Source of the DNA: Octopus sinensis
Taxonomy: Eukaryota
Length of the DNA stretch: 64,000 nucleotides
NCBI RefSeq assembly: GCF_006345805.1
Contig: NC_043000.1
Location: 78,368,001 to 78,432,000, forward strand
Direction of reading: 5' to 3'
Shown in pieces: positions 40,544 to 55,559 of the stretch. Each line of letters opens with the position of its first letter. Position 1 is the first letter of the stretch. A program made the position numbers and the translations under genes. Below the pieces are notes generated by a model. The model was not told the DNA's origin, did not search any database, and saw only the letters and a list, made by a program, of their open reading frames with translations.

Positions 40544-42884
40544 ATCATCATCATCATTTAACATTTTCCATGCTAGCATGGGTTGGACGGTTCGACCGGG
40601 GTCTGGGAAGCCAGGAGGCTACACCAGGCTCCAGTCTGATCTGGCAGTTTTTCTACGGCTGGATGCCCTTCCTAATGCCAACCACTCCGTGAGTGTAGTG
40701 GGTGCATATTACGTGCCACTAGCACAGGGGCCACAGGAAGCTGGCAAACAGCCACAATTGGTTGGTGCTTTTTATGTGTCACCAACACGGCTGCCAGTCA
40801 GGCGGCGCTGGCATCAGCCACATTCGGATGGTGTTTTTTAGGTGCCACCAGCACAGGTATTACAATTTCCATTTGATTCTTATTTTGATGTTGGTGTTGA
40901 TGTACTTGACTCAATAGGTCTCCTCAAGCACAACGAGTCACTCTATGATCCAAGGTTAGCACAGAAGGCTGTCCTTCGAGCCATGAACTCACTTCATTTG
41001 TCGGGTCTTTGCTGTCACAGCATATCTCTGAGGTCTCGGTCTTTCGTCTTTTCCACTGTGAGGCTCAACGTGCCACCGGCACGGGTATCACAACTACAGT
41101 ATCCATTCGATTTTTATTTTGATGTTGATGTACTTGACTCAATAGGTCTCCTCAAGCACAGTGGGTCGCTCTAAGATCCAAGGTTAGTGCACCAGGCTGT
41201 CCTGCAAGCCATGTACTCACTTCATTTGTTGGGTCTTCGCAGTCATAGCATATCTCCAGAGAACTTGGTCTTTCGTCATAGCCTCTGTGAGGCCCAACGT
41301 ATGAAGGTCATGCTTGACCATCTCATCCCATGTCTTCCTGGGTCTACCTCTACCTCAGATTCCTTCAACAGTTTGGGAGTGGCACTTCTTCACACATCTC
41401 TCCTCATCCATCCATAGTACATGACCAAACCAATGCAAACGTCCCTCCTGCATGCCACATCCGATGCTTGTTATGTCCAACATTTCTCTCAGAGCACTTA
41501 TACTCTGTTGTGCATGAACACTGACATTATACCTCCAGCGGATCATGCTAGCTTCATTTCTTTTGAGCCTATACATGTCCTCTGCAGTCACAGCCCATGT
41601 TTCACTGCTGTGAAGCATGGCAGTTTGCACACATGCATCGTACAATCTACCTTTCACTCTGACCGAGAAACCCTTTGTCTCCAGTAGGGGTAGAAGCTTT
41701 CTAAACTTTGCCCTGGCTATTCTTATTCTAGTGGTATCACTCTCTGAGCATCCACCCCCACTACTAACTTGGTCACCTAGGTAGCGGAAATTATCAACTA
41801 CTTCTAGTTTCTCTCCCTGGAGTGTAATAGAATCTGTTTTCTGAGTATCTGTGGTGTCTATTGCCCCTGTGCATCTGCCGCACATGAAAGCTATCTTCTC
41901 GGTTAATTTTCCTTTGATGTTGCTGCACCTCTTATGTGTCCATAGCTTACACTGGGTACATCTTATCGAGTTTTTACACCTTTTCTACAGACCGAGCAGG
42001 GCCACCTACCTAAAGGGGTGTGTGGTGAGTTTGCCTTCCTACTTACTATAGCTTTGGTCTTTGCTACATTGACTCTAAGGCCTTTTGATTCTAAACCTAG
42101 CTTCCACACCCAAAATTTCTTTTCTAGTTCCGGTAGTGATTCTGCTATGAAGGCCAGGTCATTAGCTTAGAGGAACTCCCAGGGGTAACCCGTCTTGAAT
42201 TCCTCTGTTATTGCCTGGATGACTATGATGAATAAAAGTGGACTGAGGGCTGAACCTTGGTGGATGCCTACTTCTACCCGGAATTCTTCACTATACTCAT
42301 TGCCAATCCTAACATTACTAAGGGCCTCTCTGTAAAGGGCCTGTACAGCCCTTATTAATCATTCGTCAATCTCCAGTTTCTGCATCGCCCACCAGATAAG
42401 GGATCGGGGGACCCTGTCAAACACTTTCTCCAAGTCCACAAAAGCTAAGTATAGGGGTTTATCTTTAGCTAGGTATTTCTCCTGCAGTTGTCAAACCAGG
42501 AGTGTGGCATCAGTGTGCTTCTACCCGGCACAAAACCAAACTGCATCTCATCTAAGCGGACTCTCTCCCTGATGAGATGGGCTATGACCTTCTCCGTGAC
42601 CTTCATCACCTGATCCAGCAGTTTGATACCCCTGTAGTTATTTCTATCTAGAGCATCACTTTTACCCTTGAAGAAGTTGACTATGGTGCTGCTACGCCAG
42701 TCGTTGGGTAAACCTCCATCATGAACTACCTGGTTTACAATGCGGGTGACTAGGCCATAGCCCACGCCACCAGATGTTTTAAGCATCTCAGCAGTGATTC
42801 CTGATGGGCCGGGGGCTTTTCCTGGCTTCATACCCTTAATTGCTTTATCTACTAGGGAGCTGTATATTCAGATAGCTGGTCCCT
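40544..42884 (-). mobile_element. older, decayed 5'-truncated RTE-clade LINE
   Basis: Same motifs as 31235-33767 with stops and frameshifts (ORFs 42469-42831 and 41355-41885). Confidence 0.9.
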
Positions 42885-43472
42885 AGGGAAAGGAAGATTC
42901 TTATGAGACGATGGACAAGGATTGCGAACCGCCTGAACAAGTGAGAAGTCTCGCCTTGAGAGAATCCTAATGGAAATTGAGAAAAGTCTGCATCAGTCTC
43001 ATGAAAAGGAGAGAGCAAAGGCGGGAGAGATATGCAGTGATATACATCTGGAATATCCTGGAGGGTCTTGTCCCGAATTTTGGCATTGAAAGTTACTCCA
43101 ACAGTAGAACCGGGCGCCACTGCATGGTGCCAAAGATCCCAACATCACCATCAAAATACAGGACCAGATACTACAACAGCTTGGGTTTCAGGGGTCCACA
43201 GCTCTTCAATATCCTTCCTAAATGCCTGAGAGACCTGCATGGTGTGGATGTGGGTTTCTTTAAAACTAAACTGGATCTCTTCTTGTCAGGGGTTCCAGAT
43301 GAACCTACCTCTTGGCAGGAAACACAGATGCATGCAGTGGCATCAAACTCCCTTGTTGACCAAGTGCCATGTATCAGAGGTGGTTTCACATACTGGTGTA
43401 GCTCATTCACCGGTGGTGCACCAGCATGGCCGCAGCTTTTGGGCTGAAACATTTCTAAGGATTTAAGGATTT
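42885..43472 (+). mobile_element. CR1-group LINE 3' fragment
   Basis: EQRRERYAVIYIWNILEG..RTGRHC..GPQLFNILP..FKTKLDLFLSGVPDEP; short tail ending in a repeated TAAGGATT. Confidence 0.8.
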
Positions 43473-43573
43473 ATATATATATGTAGTTAATCTAAACATA
43501 GAAAACACAACGCGAGGACGTGGAACAAGTATAGTGTTATTGGATGCTCAGGAAAGGAAAGAAAGAAGGAGGA

Positions 43574-43606
43574 TTTAACATTTCGAGCAGAGCTCTTCGT
43601 CAGAAA
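43574..43606 (-). ncRNA. minimal hammerhead ribozyme in a ~200 bp TA-flanked repeat (~43487-43685)
   Basis: Minus strand: TTT-CTGACGA-AGAGC TCT GCTC-GAAA-TG-TT-AAA. Confidence 0.65.
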
Positions 43607-43698
43607 CATAGAAAAAGGAAATGTCCAAGGAAGGGAAGACGGAGAAAGGAGATCGCCAACGATACACACGTGGTCACATATTGAAAATATATATGTGT

Positions 43699-46390
43699 AT
43701 CATCATCATCATCATCGTTTAGCGTCCGCTTTCCATGCTAGCATGGGATGGACGGTTCAACTGGGGTCTGGGAAGCCAGAAGGCTGCACCAGGCCCAGTC
43801 TGATCTGGCAATGTTTCTACGGCTGGATGCCCTTCCTAACGCCAACCACTCCGTGAGTGTAGTGGGTGCTTTTTACGTGCCACCAGCACAGGTGCCAGAC
43901 GAGGCTGGCAATGATCACGATCGGATGGTGCTTTTTACGTGCCACCGGTACAAGGCCAGTCGGGGCAGTGCTGGCAACGGCCACGTTCGGATGGTTCTCT
44001 TACGTACTACCGGCACTGGTATCACAGCTGCAATTTCCATTAATGTTGATCGATTGCGATTTTGATTTGTATTTTCACTTGCCTCAACAGGTCTTCACAA
44101 GTAGAGTTTTGTGTCCCAAGAAGGAAAGGTATGCATGAGTGGACTGGCTACATCCCATGTAGAGGCCATGGGTTATGGTCTCACTTGTCCTGCCGGGTCT
44201 TCTTACGCACTGCATACTTCCAAAGGTCCCGGTCTCTAGTCATTTCCTCGGTGAGACCTACTGTTCGAAGGTCATGCTTCACCACCTCGTCCCAGGTTTT
44301 CCTGGGTCTGCCTCTTCCACAGGTTCCCTCAACCACTAGGGTGTGGCACTTTTTCACACAACTATCTTCATCCATTCTCGCCACATGACCATACCAGCGC
44401 AAACGTCTCTCTTGCACACCACAACTGATGCTTCTTAGGTCCAACTTTTGTCTCAAGGTACTTACATTCTGTCGAGTATGAACACTGACATTACACATCC
44501 ATCGGAGCATACTGGCTTCATTTCTTGCGAGCTTACGCATATCCTCAGCAGTCACGGCCCATGTTTCACTGCTATGTAGCATGGCTGTTCGTACACATGC
44601 GTCATACAGTCTGCTTTTTACTCTGAGCGAGAGGCCTTTTGTCACCAGCAGAGGTAAGAGCTCTCTGAACTTTGTCCCAGCTATTCTTAGTCTAGCAGTT
44701 ACACTTTCAGCACACCTGCTCCTGTTACTGACTTGGTCACCTAAGTAACGGAAGCTATCCACAATTTCTAGTTTTTCTCCCTGGAATGTGGCAGAAGTTG
44801 GTCTCAGAGCATTTTCAGTGTTTATTGCTCCTTAGCATCTGCCTCATACAAAAACTATCTTCCTAGTTAGCCTTCCTTTGACATTGTTGCACCTCTTATG
44901 TGTCCATAGCTTAAACTTGGTGCATCTTATCGAGTTTCTACCTACGCCTTTTCTACAGATCGAGCAGGGCCATCTACCTGAAGGCGTTTGTGATTTGTTT
45001 ACTTATTAGGACTTTGGTTTTAGCTAGATTGACTCTAAGGCCCTTCGATTCTAATCCTTGCTTCCACACCTGAAACTTCTCCAGTTCTGATAGTGACTCA
45101 GTAATTAGAGCAAGGTCATCAGCATAGAGGAGCTCCCAGGGGCATCCTGTCTTGAATTCCTCCGTTATTGCCCGGAGGACTATGATAAATAGGAGGGGGC
45201 TGAGGACTGAGCCTTGATGGACCCCTACCTCAACCCGGAATTCTTCACTGTACTCGTTGCCAACCCTCACCTTACAAGCGGCATCTCTGTACATGGCTTG
45301 CACAGCTCTCACTAACCATTCATCTATCCATAGTTTCCTCATTGACCACCAGAAAACGGATCGGGGGACCCTGTTGAAGGCTTTCTCCATGTCAATGAAA
45401 GCCAGGTACAGGGGCTTATCTTTGGCTAGGTATTTCTCCTGCAGCTGCCTTGCCAGGAATATAGCATCAGTGGTACTTTTCCTTAGCACGAACCCAAACT
45501 GCATTTCATCTAAACTAACTCACTCTCTAATTAGTTGGGCTATGACCCTCTCCGTAACCTTCATTATCTGATCCAACAGCTTGATACCTCTGGAATTATT
45601 TGTATCTAGGGCGTCACCTTTACCTTTGTAGCAGTTGACTATTATGCTGCTACACCAGTCATTGGGTATGACTCCTTCGTGTATCACCTGATTAACTATA
45701 CGGGTGACTAGGCTATAGCCGACACTACCAGATATTTTGAGCGTCTCTGCAGTGATTCCTGATGGGCCTGGGACTTTCCCTGTCTTCATGTTTCTAATTA
45801 CCTTAACTACCAAGGAACTGTCAACTCGGATAGCTGGTCCCACTGTTGGGTCGACATTTGGCAGACTCTCTTTATCCCATTCATTTTCTTTATTCAGCAA
45901 CCTTTCATAATGGTATCTCCAAACCTCTCTCTTTGCATCCTCATTTAGCGCAAGTGAACCATCATCCTTGCGAACACATTTTTCTCCTACCACATCATGA
46001 TTCTCTCTCACACACTGTCTTGCAACACAAAATACCTCAAGTCTTTGATCCTCACGGCACAGAACATTGGCAAATTTTTTCTTATCTGTTTCCCCTCTGG
46101 CTAAATAGACCTGTCTCCTAGCTTCTCTTTTGGCAGTCTGATACAATTCCCTGCTATCACCATTCTTCCAGTCCTTCCAAGCCTGTCTCTTTTCTCTAAT
46201 AGCCCTGTCTACAATCTTGTTCCACCAGCACGTTATTTTGGGTCAAGATGGGACTTTGCACCAGCCACAGATCTGGTCAGTGGCTCTCAGCAGGTTGTCC
46301 CTTAGAAATGTCCAGTTGTCTTCTACCCCATGTGAAGCTCTATCCCCTTTTACTTTGTCAAACGCTTCAAGTAATATGTCCCTAAATCTC
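43699..46390 (-). mobile_element. 5'-truncated RTE-clade LINE (longest copy)
   Basis: ORFs 45520-46146, 44974-45504 and 44181-44762 are consecutive frameshifted RT segments; (ATG)n tail. Confidence 0.95.
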
Positions 46391-46397
46391 TCTCTCT

Positions 46398-47249
<852 letters not shown>

Positions 47250-49510
47250 GGAGTAGGAGTGGCTTGAAGGTGCATCTTTAGGACTGGGATTTGCCAGATG
47301 TTTTATGTTGCTGATTTTCCTGGTTTCATAGACTGTGTTGAGTTTATTATTATTTATCGAGGCTATGATGGTAGCTAAGTTATTAGTCAGGCTATGACCT
47401 ACTCTGATTTTATTCCTAAATATTGCTGCATATTTATTATTTACGTCCAAATGTTTATCTATGAATTTCATTATGGAGTGAACTGTGTTCGATTTGAGCT
47501 GCATGGTGAAGGGGATTATTTGCCAGATTTTGTCTCTATCTCGTTTGTTATTACTATTGTTATTTTTGTTATAAAAGTTACCTTCAGTGTTCGTATAGTG
47601 CGTGAAGTCAAAGTTATGGTTATTGTATTTCTTTCTATAGTTGTGTTTATTGTTATTGTTGTTTGTGCCAGTTTTATTGGGGTTATTTCTATACAGTTTA
47701 TGTGAACTAAGTGTTATTGTTCTTTACTGGGGTTGTATTGGTTCTTTGGGCCTTGTTATTTTTATTTTTATTAATATTTAGATCTATATTATTATTATTG
47801 TTCTTATTATTTATTATTATTGTTGTTGTTGTTATCATTAATATTATTGGTCATGTTATTATTCCTAATTTTATTGATTTGTACGTTGTTAGTATTCCTT
47901 TTGTTATTGTTTGCAATGTTGCTGGTTATTTGTGTATGAACCTTAACAGTGTTGCTATTATTTTTTTTTGTTATTGTTGGTGCTAATGTTATCTGAGTTG
48001 TTCATATTGTTGGTGTTGTTCCTAGTTTCATTTGGAGTTTGGTTAATGCTATGAATATTACTTGTGCATTTATGTTATTCCTGTTATTTGCATAGTGGTT
48101 AGGGTCTAGGTATTTAATCTTTTGTTTAAAGCCTGCTTTACCTAATGCGCTATTGTAGATTACCTTGTACTTGTTAAAAATATATTGGTTGGAAGACAGG
48201 CATGATATACTATTGCTAATGCTTTGTACCAATCCTTACTTAATAAAGTTCAGATGGTTACTGGATGCGTTTATGTATTTGAGGTTAGTGTTGGGTTTTA
48301 TGTAGGGTTCATGGAGTCCTGTGGCTAGGTTGCAGTTTGCATCTAAGTAATTTATGGAGTTGTGTTCATTTTCTATAGTAATAGTTGGGTCAAATCTTTT
48401 CAAGAATTTATGTAAGTTTTTCTTAATGAGTTCTAATTTCCTATTTGAGGTTTTTTTTTAGTATGAATAGTGTGTCGTCCCTATATAATCCTCCCTAGAG
48501 TTCTGGGAATTCGTCCTGTAGGTATGATAGCAAATAGATACCTACTAAGTCTGTTACCTGAGCTGAATCTGGGGCTCCCATGGTGGTGTCGAAGTTGTTA
48601 GGGGTGTCCTTTTTTACCAAGAATTTATTATCGAAACTTATCACTGATTTCCTCGCTTCTAATATTACGTTAATTTCCTTCCTAGTTAATTGGGTATGGT
48701 TTTTGGTGAAGATAAGGGTGCTATTTAGGATCGTAGGGTTAATAGATGAGTAGTAATCTACTATGTCTATTTGTAGGAATTTGTAGTTTATCTTGTTTTG
48801 GATTCTGGAGAACCAGTTTAGGGCTTCATATGTGTTGGACCATAGTTCTTGGGCTATCATATTCCTTAGCTTAGGGATGTATTTATCTGATATTAATTTA
48901 CTTAGCTCTGACTTATTGGGGCATATTAATTTAACTTTGGTAACCGTTAAGAAGTTAGGTTTATGAAGGTACGAAGGGTTCGGTTTTCTCCTCTATGTTG
49001 TATTCTGTCATAATGTTCTTGGTTGCTAAGTTCATAGAGCTTAAGGTGCTGTTAGGTGCTATTTTGTATTTTTTTGTAATTTCTTGATGTAGCAACTGGT
49101 GGTATAAATTTATATCCAGATTGTAGGCATTCTTAGTTTTATTGGAGTAAACAATAATTTTCTTTTGTAATTTCACTTTGTATAAAAGGTCCTTTAGGTT
49201 CTTTTGGTAGATGTTGTTTCTTAGTGGGTGTCGTTTGAATTGTAGATTATTGATAGTATCCCATAGTTCAGTTTCAAAGGCATCTAAATGGCTGTTTGGT
49301 GAGGGTGTTTTCCTGGTCTTGAAGACTCCTTTGGTGAGGGCATTGCTGGTGTGGTATCTCTAGCTGGCCGTTTTTATCGTAAAATAAGGCTTTCCAGCGC
49401 AAGTGGTGAGTGAAGTCTGTAATTTTACTAATGACTTCTTTAAGATATACATTTTTGGGTGGAATCGGTATATCTTTTAAAGATACTTCTATTGTTATTT
49501 GCTCCATTTA
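47250..49510 (-). mobile_element. Penelope-like element ORF (N-terminus + RT), decayed
   Basis: SLKDIPIP..HLRWKALF, FLQIDIVDYYSSI, FDTTMGAPDSAQVTDLVGIYLL, GLYRDD, KPNTNLKYINASSNH, LSSNQYIF..YNSAL..AGF. The endonuclease end is lost at the microsatellite. Confidence 0.85.
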
Positions 49511-49769
49511 CCCAGTATGTGCCTGTTGTAGGTTGGCTAAGGTGTCTTAGTCAGAAATTTATGTTATGCAGGTATAAGTTAGAGGTGTTTAAAGCCTCTA
49601 AGGGATAGATATATCCAAAGGCACTTTTGGTAATTACCTCAGTAGGTATATTCCTTGGTAAAAGGTATATGGCAGTGGGTAATTTAGTGGGTAATTGTAG
49701 TTTAATTTATATAGGCAAGAAGAAAATGGAGGGAAATAACAAACAGAAGTGTGTCTTTTGCGCTAGTAG

Positions 49770-50035
49770 GTATACAGAAGCAAAAAAAGAAGAGTGTTAT
49801 TGTTATCAAGTGAATGATATTTTGGCAAAAAAAACTTGTCAATCTACTACTGGAGGAGTTACTTCAATCCTATAAAATATTACCAAAAATGAAGTAGATT
49901 GACAAGTTTATTTTTTGAACCTGTGGAAGGCACACTAGATGCCGAAATATCATTCACTTGATAACAATGGCACTCTTCTTTTTTTTTGCTTCTGTGTACC
50001 AACTGGAGGAGTTACCTCAATCCTATAAAATATCA
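49770..50035. repeat. nested inverted/direct repeats with degenerate HHR (49916-49956, +) at the PLE 5' end
   Basis: 49770-49827 mirrors 49940-50000; actggaggagttac..cctataaaatat is repeated. TGAAC-CTGTGGA-AGGCA..TGCC-GAAATATC-ATTCA. Confidence 0.7.
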
Positions 50036-50559
50036 ATATTATTATTATCATCATCATCATTATTATTATTATTATTATTATTATTGAGTGAGAGAGCAGT
50101 GCATGCCATCAAAGTTTCACTGGGGTAAAATATACGAAGCCCTGTATACCCATCATGACTACCCGTCTGATAAAGGTACACTAGGCACATGCATCACAAC
50201 CATATATGCGCGACATGGTGATCTCATATCAAGATAAACAGCACATGACCTTGCAGGTGGGGCTCAGTTAGAATTTCCTTCTGGTCGAGTAACCCATCCT
50301 GCTCAAAAGGTCCCTGAATAAGGGTTGTTTAAGGATGTTGTACGAAACACCCATGTTTCCAGAGGTGAATTATTCAAGCCCCAAAGAATCCCTCTCAACA
50401 CATGGCTATGATGCTCCCCCACTACTTGTGCTCATGATCAGAGATGCACATATCGTCAGCCACTAAGGGACATGCTCAACTGGTTAAAGTCAAACAACTG
50501 ACAAGCAAATCTGTGGTATTGAGCAGTATATTTGCTGTAGCCCATCTTTTATACCAAGA

Positions 50560-50607
<48 letters not shown>

Positions 50608-50711
50608 TATTTGTTGGTGTTGTTGTTATTGTTGTTATTACTTTTTTATTCTTTTATGAAAAAAATCGATTAAACAAAGCAAAATGTTGATTCCTTTCCT
50701 TCTGTTTCCAG

Positions 50712-51135
50712 CAATCATCAAATGAGCCAACACAATTACCAAATTTACCTAACCTACATGTATATAAAGCATCATTACCACCACTACCATGTATACCTTC
50801 AGCTCCATTTCCACAATATAATTTATATCCCAATATAAGGGACTATGATGGCAATGATTTAAACTCTCAGACATATATTCCACAAAAGGACTTTTGTACA
50901 GAAGGATTACTTTTAAAATTTGGTCAATATAGCAGACATGTTAATGAGTTTCAGAAACCTTATGGTATTACTATTAACAGAGCTGGGCATATATGTGTAT
51001 CAGATCTGAAAGGAGGACGTATTCTCATATTTTCACCAACTGGTACCTTTCTTAACAAGCTTCTTCCTTCTTGTGATATATATGATATAGCTATATTACC
51101 AAATCAAAACATTCTAACCTCAGTTGCAAAAGCTG
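50712..51135 (+). CDS. RING-NHL protein, exon 2: Pro-rich linker + first NHL repeats (not in ORF track)
   Basis: Acceptor ttcctttccttctgtttccag|; open frame QSSNEPTQLP..LLKFGQYSRHVNEFQKPYGITINRAGHICVSDLKGGRILIFS..VAKA; donor G|GTAAGT. 424 nt, phase 0 in, phase 1 out. Confidence 0.9.
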
Positions 51136-52779
51136 GTAAGTACAGTTATTATTTATGATTTTTTATTTCATTTATTGCCTGTAAAGGTGCCATGGTACTA
51201 TTACTGGGTCTCTAAAACTGTTAGGAGGAAGGGAAGAAGTTATCTTCAGACTGGACATCTGGCTGAAATGTTTGCAACAGAGTGGGCTTTCTATAAGCAC
51301 CCACAAAACCAGGTGTGTTGTTCAACCAAGAAACAGATTAAGTCTAGCACTCCAAAACCAGGAACCATCCATTCAATAATATTCCACACAGTTTTAATCA
51401 ACCAAATTTCACTCTTTGGTTGACCTGAGTCTATGAAGAAAACTCAATTTGGCCAATGTGTTATGCAGTGGAAATGAACCAAGAACCACTTGCTTGGGAA
51501 GCATATTATTTAACCATAGAGTGATCTTTGTGTCTGTTTAGCAATTTCAGATTATTTGTCATTATTTAATACAGAATCCAGAATTATTAAATTGTTAAAT
51601 CTGGTAATGTACAATCCACCTGACTGACTTTCATACAGTTTCTGTTTGCTCACTTCACTTACAAGGCCACATAGTAGTATTGAACGCAGGACTTTTTAAT
51701 CATTTGACATACTGTGTCCAAGATGTAATTGTTTCAATTTGAATACGTGGTCTCATATTAAGCTCCTTGCTAAACAAGTACAACACTAAAATTTATGAAA
51801 TAGAATGCTGATAATTTAGTAAACATTTTTGATGAATGACGAATACATTAAGTGTCAGTAAGAAGACAGCAGATAAACTATTTCTATAATTAATTAGTTG
51901 TTGTGATGAGTCATCTGAAGTGTTTGTATTGTTTCTTTTTTGAAGTAGAAAAAGAATTGGTTCAAACTGGTAATAAATATAGCAATACACAGAACAACTT
52001 ATTTAAAGTCTCCAGCATTTAAAATAAAGGCCCAGCTGGTTATAAATAGTAACTGAGGATAAGTGATTTCTTTTTCAATATCTAAAGAAGTGCAGCATAG
52101 ATGTTAGTATTTATCTTGTATGATTAATATTTAGTAACATATATGCAGTTACATATTTGGAAGTGAAATGAGTTATGATTGTAGATATATAATTTTCTAA
52201 TCACACACCTGATAACTGGCATATAATTCCTTATTTGTAATTGCACGTGTAATTGTCACACTTTTGATTGCACTTAGCTCTAGCTATTTACATATGAAGC
52301 CAAGAAAGCAGCCTCTACATGAAAATAACTGTCAAATCACCCTCAAACTACACCCTACCATCTTAAAGAAGGGCATGATATCCGTTTGATAAAAAGTTAG
52401 GATGGTCACAGCTGGAATGCCATTGTTCATAGGTTTGCTCAGTTAAGGCTGATGTAAAAATAAACAACTCTGACAACTGTATGCATTTAGGAACACATTG
52501 ACTTTGATGCATGAAGAATGACTTTTATGTCGGGCAGTTTGAGAAGTTGTCCGGCAAAACTGTTTGTAAATGCTTTTTCATTTGGCCTCCTTTTCACTGC
52601 AATTCCCCAAGTTCTGGATTGATTTTCGAAACTACACATTGATGAAATAGTGTATGATATGATAGTAGGTCTCTCTCTCTAAATAGATATTACAGTAATA
52701 GCTGTATAATACAATGGTGGTAAGTATGTATTTTAGTAGTAGCTATATAATATAATGGTAGCTTTATAATCCAGTGATG

Positions 52780-52810
<31 letters not shown>

Positions 52811-53055
52811 ATGGAAATATATAATACAATAGTAGCTATGTAATACACTAATTGTAGCTGTAAAATGCGCTGTATTGACAACTACAATGATTGTGGCTAT
52901 GTAATATATTGCTATCTGTATTATACATTGGCAGCTAAGTTCATATGTATGCATGCTTGTATGAATGAATGTTCACTATATAGTCATCTTTCTAAGTTTT
53001 GTATATTCATGTTTATATTGTTGTTTAACTTGATCTTTTTATTTCTACTTTTTAG

Positions 53056-53660
53056 ACAAAGCTATCTTGCACAGCTATAATATGAACAGCCATTTAATTT
53101 CTCAATACACTGGACTCCATTATCAATATGCTCGCCCAAGTGGTGTTGCTGTGAACAAGCATGGCTATGCCATTGTAACAAGCTTGGAAAATAATTGTGT
53201 CTATGTATTTACAGAGGAAGGTAAACTTTCACAGAAATTTGGTTGGAAAGGTTCTGGCAATGACCATTTCGATAGACCTTATTTTGTGACTACTAATGAT
53301 AAACTTCAAATTATTGTCTCTGATTGTGGTAACAACTGTATTAAAGTGTTCAGCAGTGATGGCAAATTTAAGTGCATGTATGGTAAGAAAGGAAAAGACA
53401 AAGGTATGCTGTTTAAACCAATGGGGGTTTGTACAGACAGAAACAATAATATCATAGTGGCAGACTATGGAAATTACAGAGTTCAGGCATTCAGTCCAAA
53501 AGGCCGATCTCTTGGTTTCCCTGTTTATGACACATTTTGTATTGGTAAAGATGTTTCTCCTGTCAATGTTGCTATTAACAGACATGATAATATTGTTGTT
53601 CTATTGACTGGAGAAAAATTTGCTGAAGTTCGGGTATATGAGTGGAATCCAGAAGTTTAA
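53056..53660 (+). CDS. RING-NHL protein, exon 3: NHL repeats and stop
   Basis: Acceptor tttctactttttag|AC completes the phase-1 codon (GAC). RPSGVAVN, FGWKGSGNDHFDRPYFV..IIVSDCGNNCIKVF, LFKPMGVC..IIVADYGNYRVQAF. AATAAA at 53679-53684. Confidence 0.92.
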
Positions 53661-55559
53661 ACTGATTATTCAAGTTCAAATAAAATATATATGTTTTATT
53701 TTCATGTTAATTATTTAGTTTTCTTTTCTTTTCTCTCTGTATCTTCTATTTATTCATCTTTCCTTCATTATCTCTTTCACTCTTTTCTTATCTCGTTGTT
53801 CTTTTTTAATTTTTTCTATCTTATATTTTATTCTTCCATCATTTTTAATAAATGACAGCAACATCTATTGACAATATCATTCAACTATATGTATGTATAG
53901 CAAGTAACACAGTCATTCAAGCATATATGAGTGTGTTACATAGACATGGCCACTCAGCTAAATTTGAAAGTTTGTGTGTATTTTACACCTCTGGCAATAC
54001 CGCTCACCTATATTTATATAAGCAACACTGTTGCCAATGTATACACACACACTCACACATACATACACACACAAGTGAATCAAAATCAACAAAAGCCAAA
54101 AGGATGTACACAATGAATGTATTAGATTACTCAGTTTAAAATGGAAAAAAGAGCAGGATGTGATGTTTCGAGCATGGCTCTTAATCAGAAAGAAGAAAAA
54201 AGAAAGGTCTTGGAGAGAAGGAAAAGAATACTCCAAATAAAGCATGTCTGTGATTATACAGCTGTGTGTGTGTGTTACACAAGTGATAATACCATTCAAT
54301 CATGTCTCACAAGGCAATGTTACTCAGTTATCATCATCATCATCATCATCGTTTAACGTCCATTCTCCATGCTAGCATGGGATTTGTGTATTACGCAATT
54401 GACAATGCAATGGTTATTCAGCTTGAATAATCACTTGAGCTGATACCCCATTCGCACTTCTTGTCATCCCACCACAATGATTCAGCTGTCAAGTCCTTTT
54501 TTTTTTTTTTTTTTTCACCTCAACTTAATTCTTATTCTTGAAAACCTCACTTCTCATACCATTCCATCACCATCAGTGGCCAGCAATAGCTTTTTTGTAA
54601 CTGTTCACTTACTGATGTTTGACCTGATCATAAATTGTTAATCTCACCATGAGGGTCACGAAGCCTGTCCCTTTTCCCTGAATAACCTATGAAACAAATT
54701 CTGCAATGGTGGCCCACATCAAATAGGTTAACAGGACTTTGATGATGATATGATTGTCTGCTAGACGAGAGCTAAGTTTATGGATTTTCCTGAAGCTTTC
54801 ATTATTTCTTTGATCTATCATTGATCTGCTAAATTAGAGATGAAATTCAGCTGTCAAAAGCAGTATGACACATGCAAACATTCACTTCTAAAGTTCTGGC
54901 TCATTGCTGTATAGAAAATAATGTTGTAACTATTGTAGTATTAAAGGAAACCTGCTTGTGGTGATAACAAATAGACTTCATCCCTCACCTCATTCTCATC
55001 TTTCTATTTTATATCTACACAAGTTATAAAAATAATCAAATATTTTAACTAAGTATAACTTGATGCTAGTCTGTCAGGTGCACAAATAATGGATTTCTGT
55101 GTAAATATCTGCTTTAAGTATTCCTTACGATCAATAAATATTTCCCTATATATTTTCTGGTATAACAATAGCTGTCATTGTTTTACTAAGGGATACTTTA
55201 GTCATGACATTGGTGGTAGCATGACAAAATGCATCCCAGCCCATGTTGTTAAGTGGTAGTTAAAAGAAACCATAGTCATAAATGACATGTCAAAATAACA
55301 ACAAAAATCTGTGTTAAATACATCAGATATCAGCTATTTTCTCATTATTGTCAGTGTATGTAATAGACACACCCACCAATGCCACAATGGAAAACAGGCA
55401 TAAAAAGATGATGAGTTGCTTCAATTCATGTGTTTGTTGCTGCTGTTGTACTGAAAACCAAGAATAGCTGCAGCAGTAGAACCAGTTCCCAATATATATA
55501 TTGAGCAAATCAGTAATAAGTGACAAAGTCAAATACATAATACAAGAAAAGTCTAAAGG

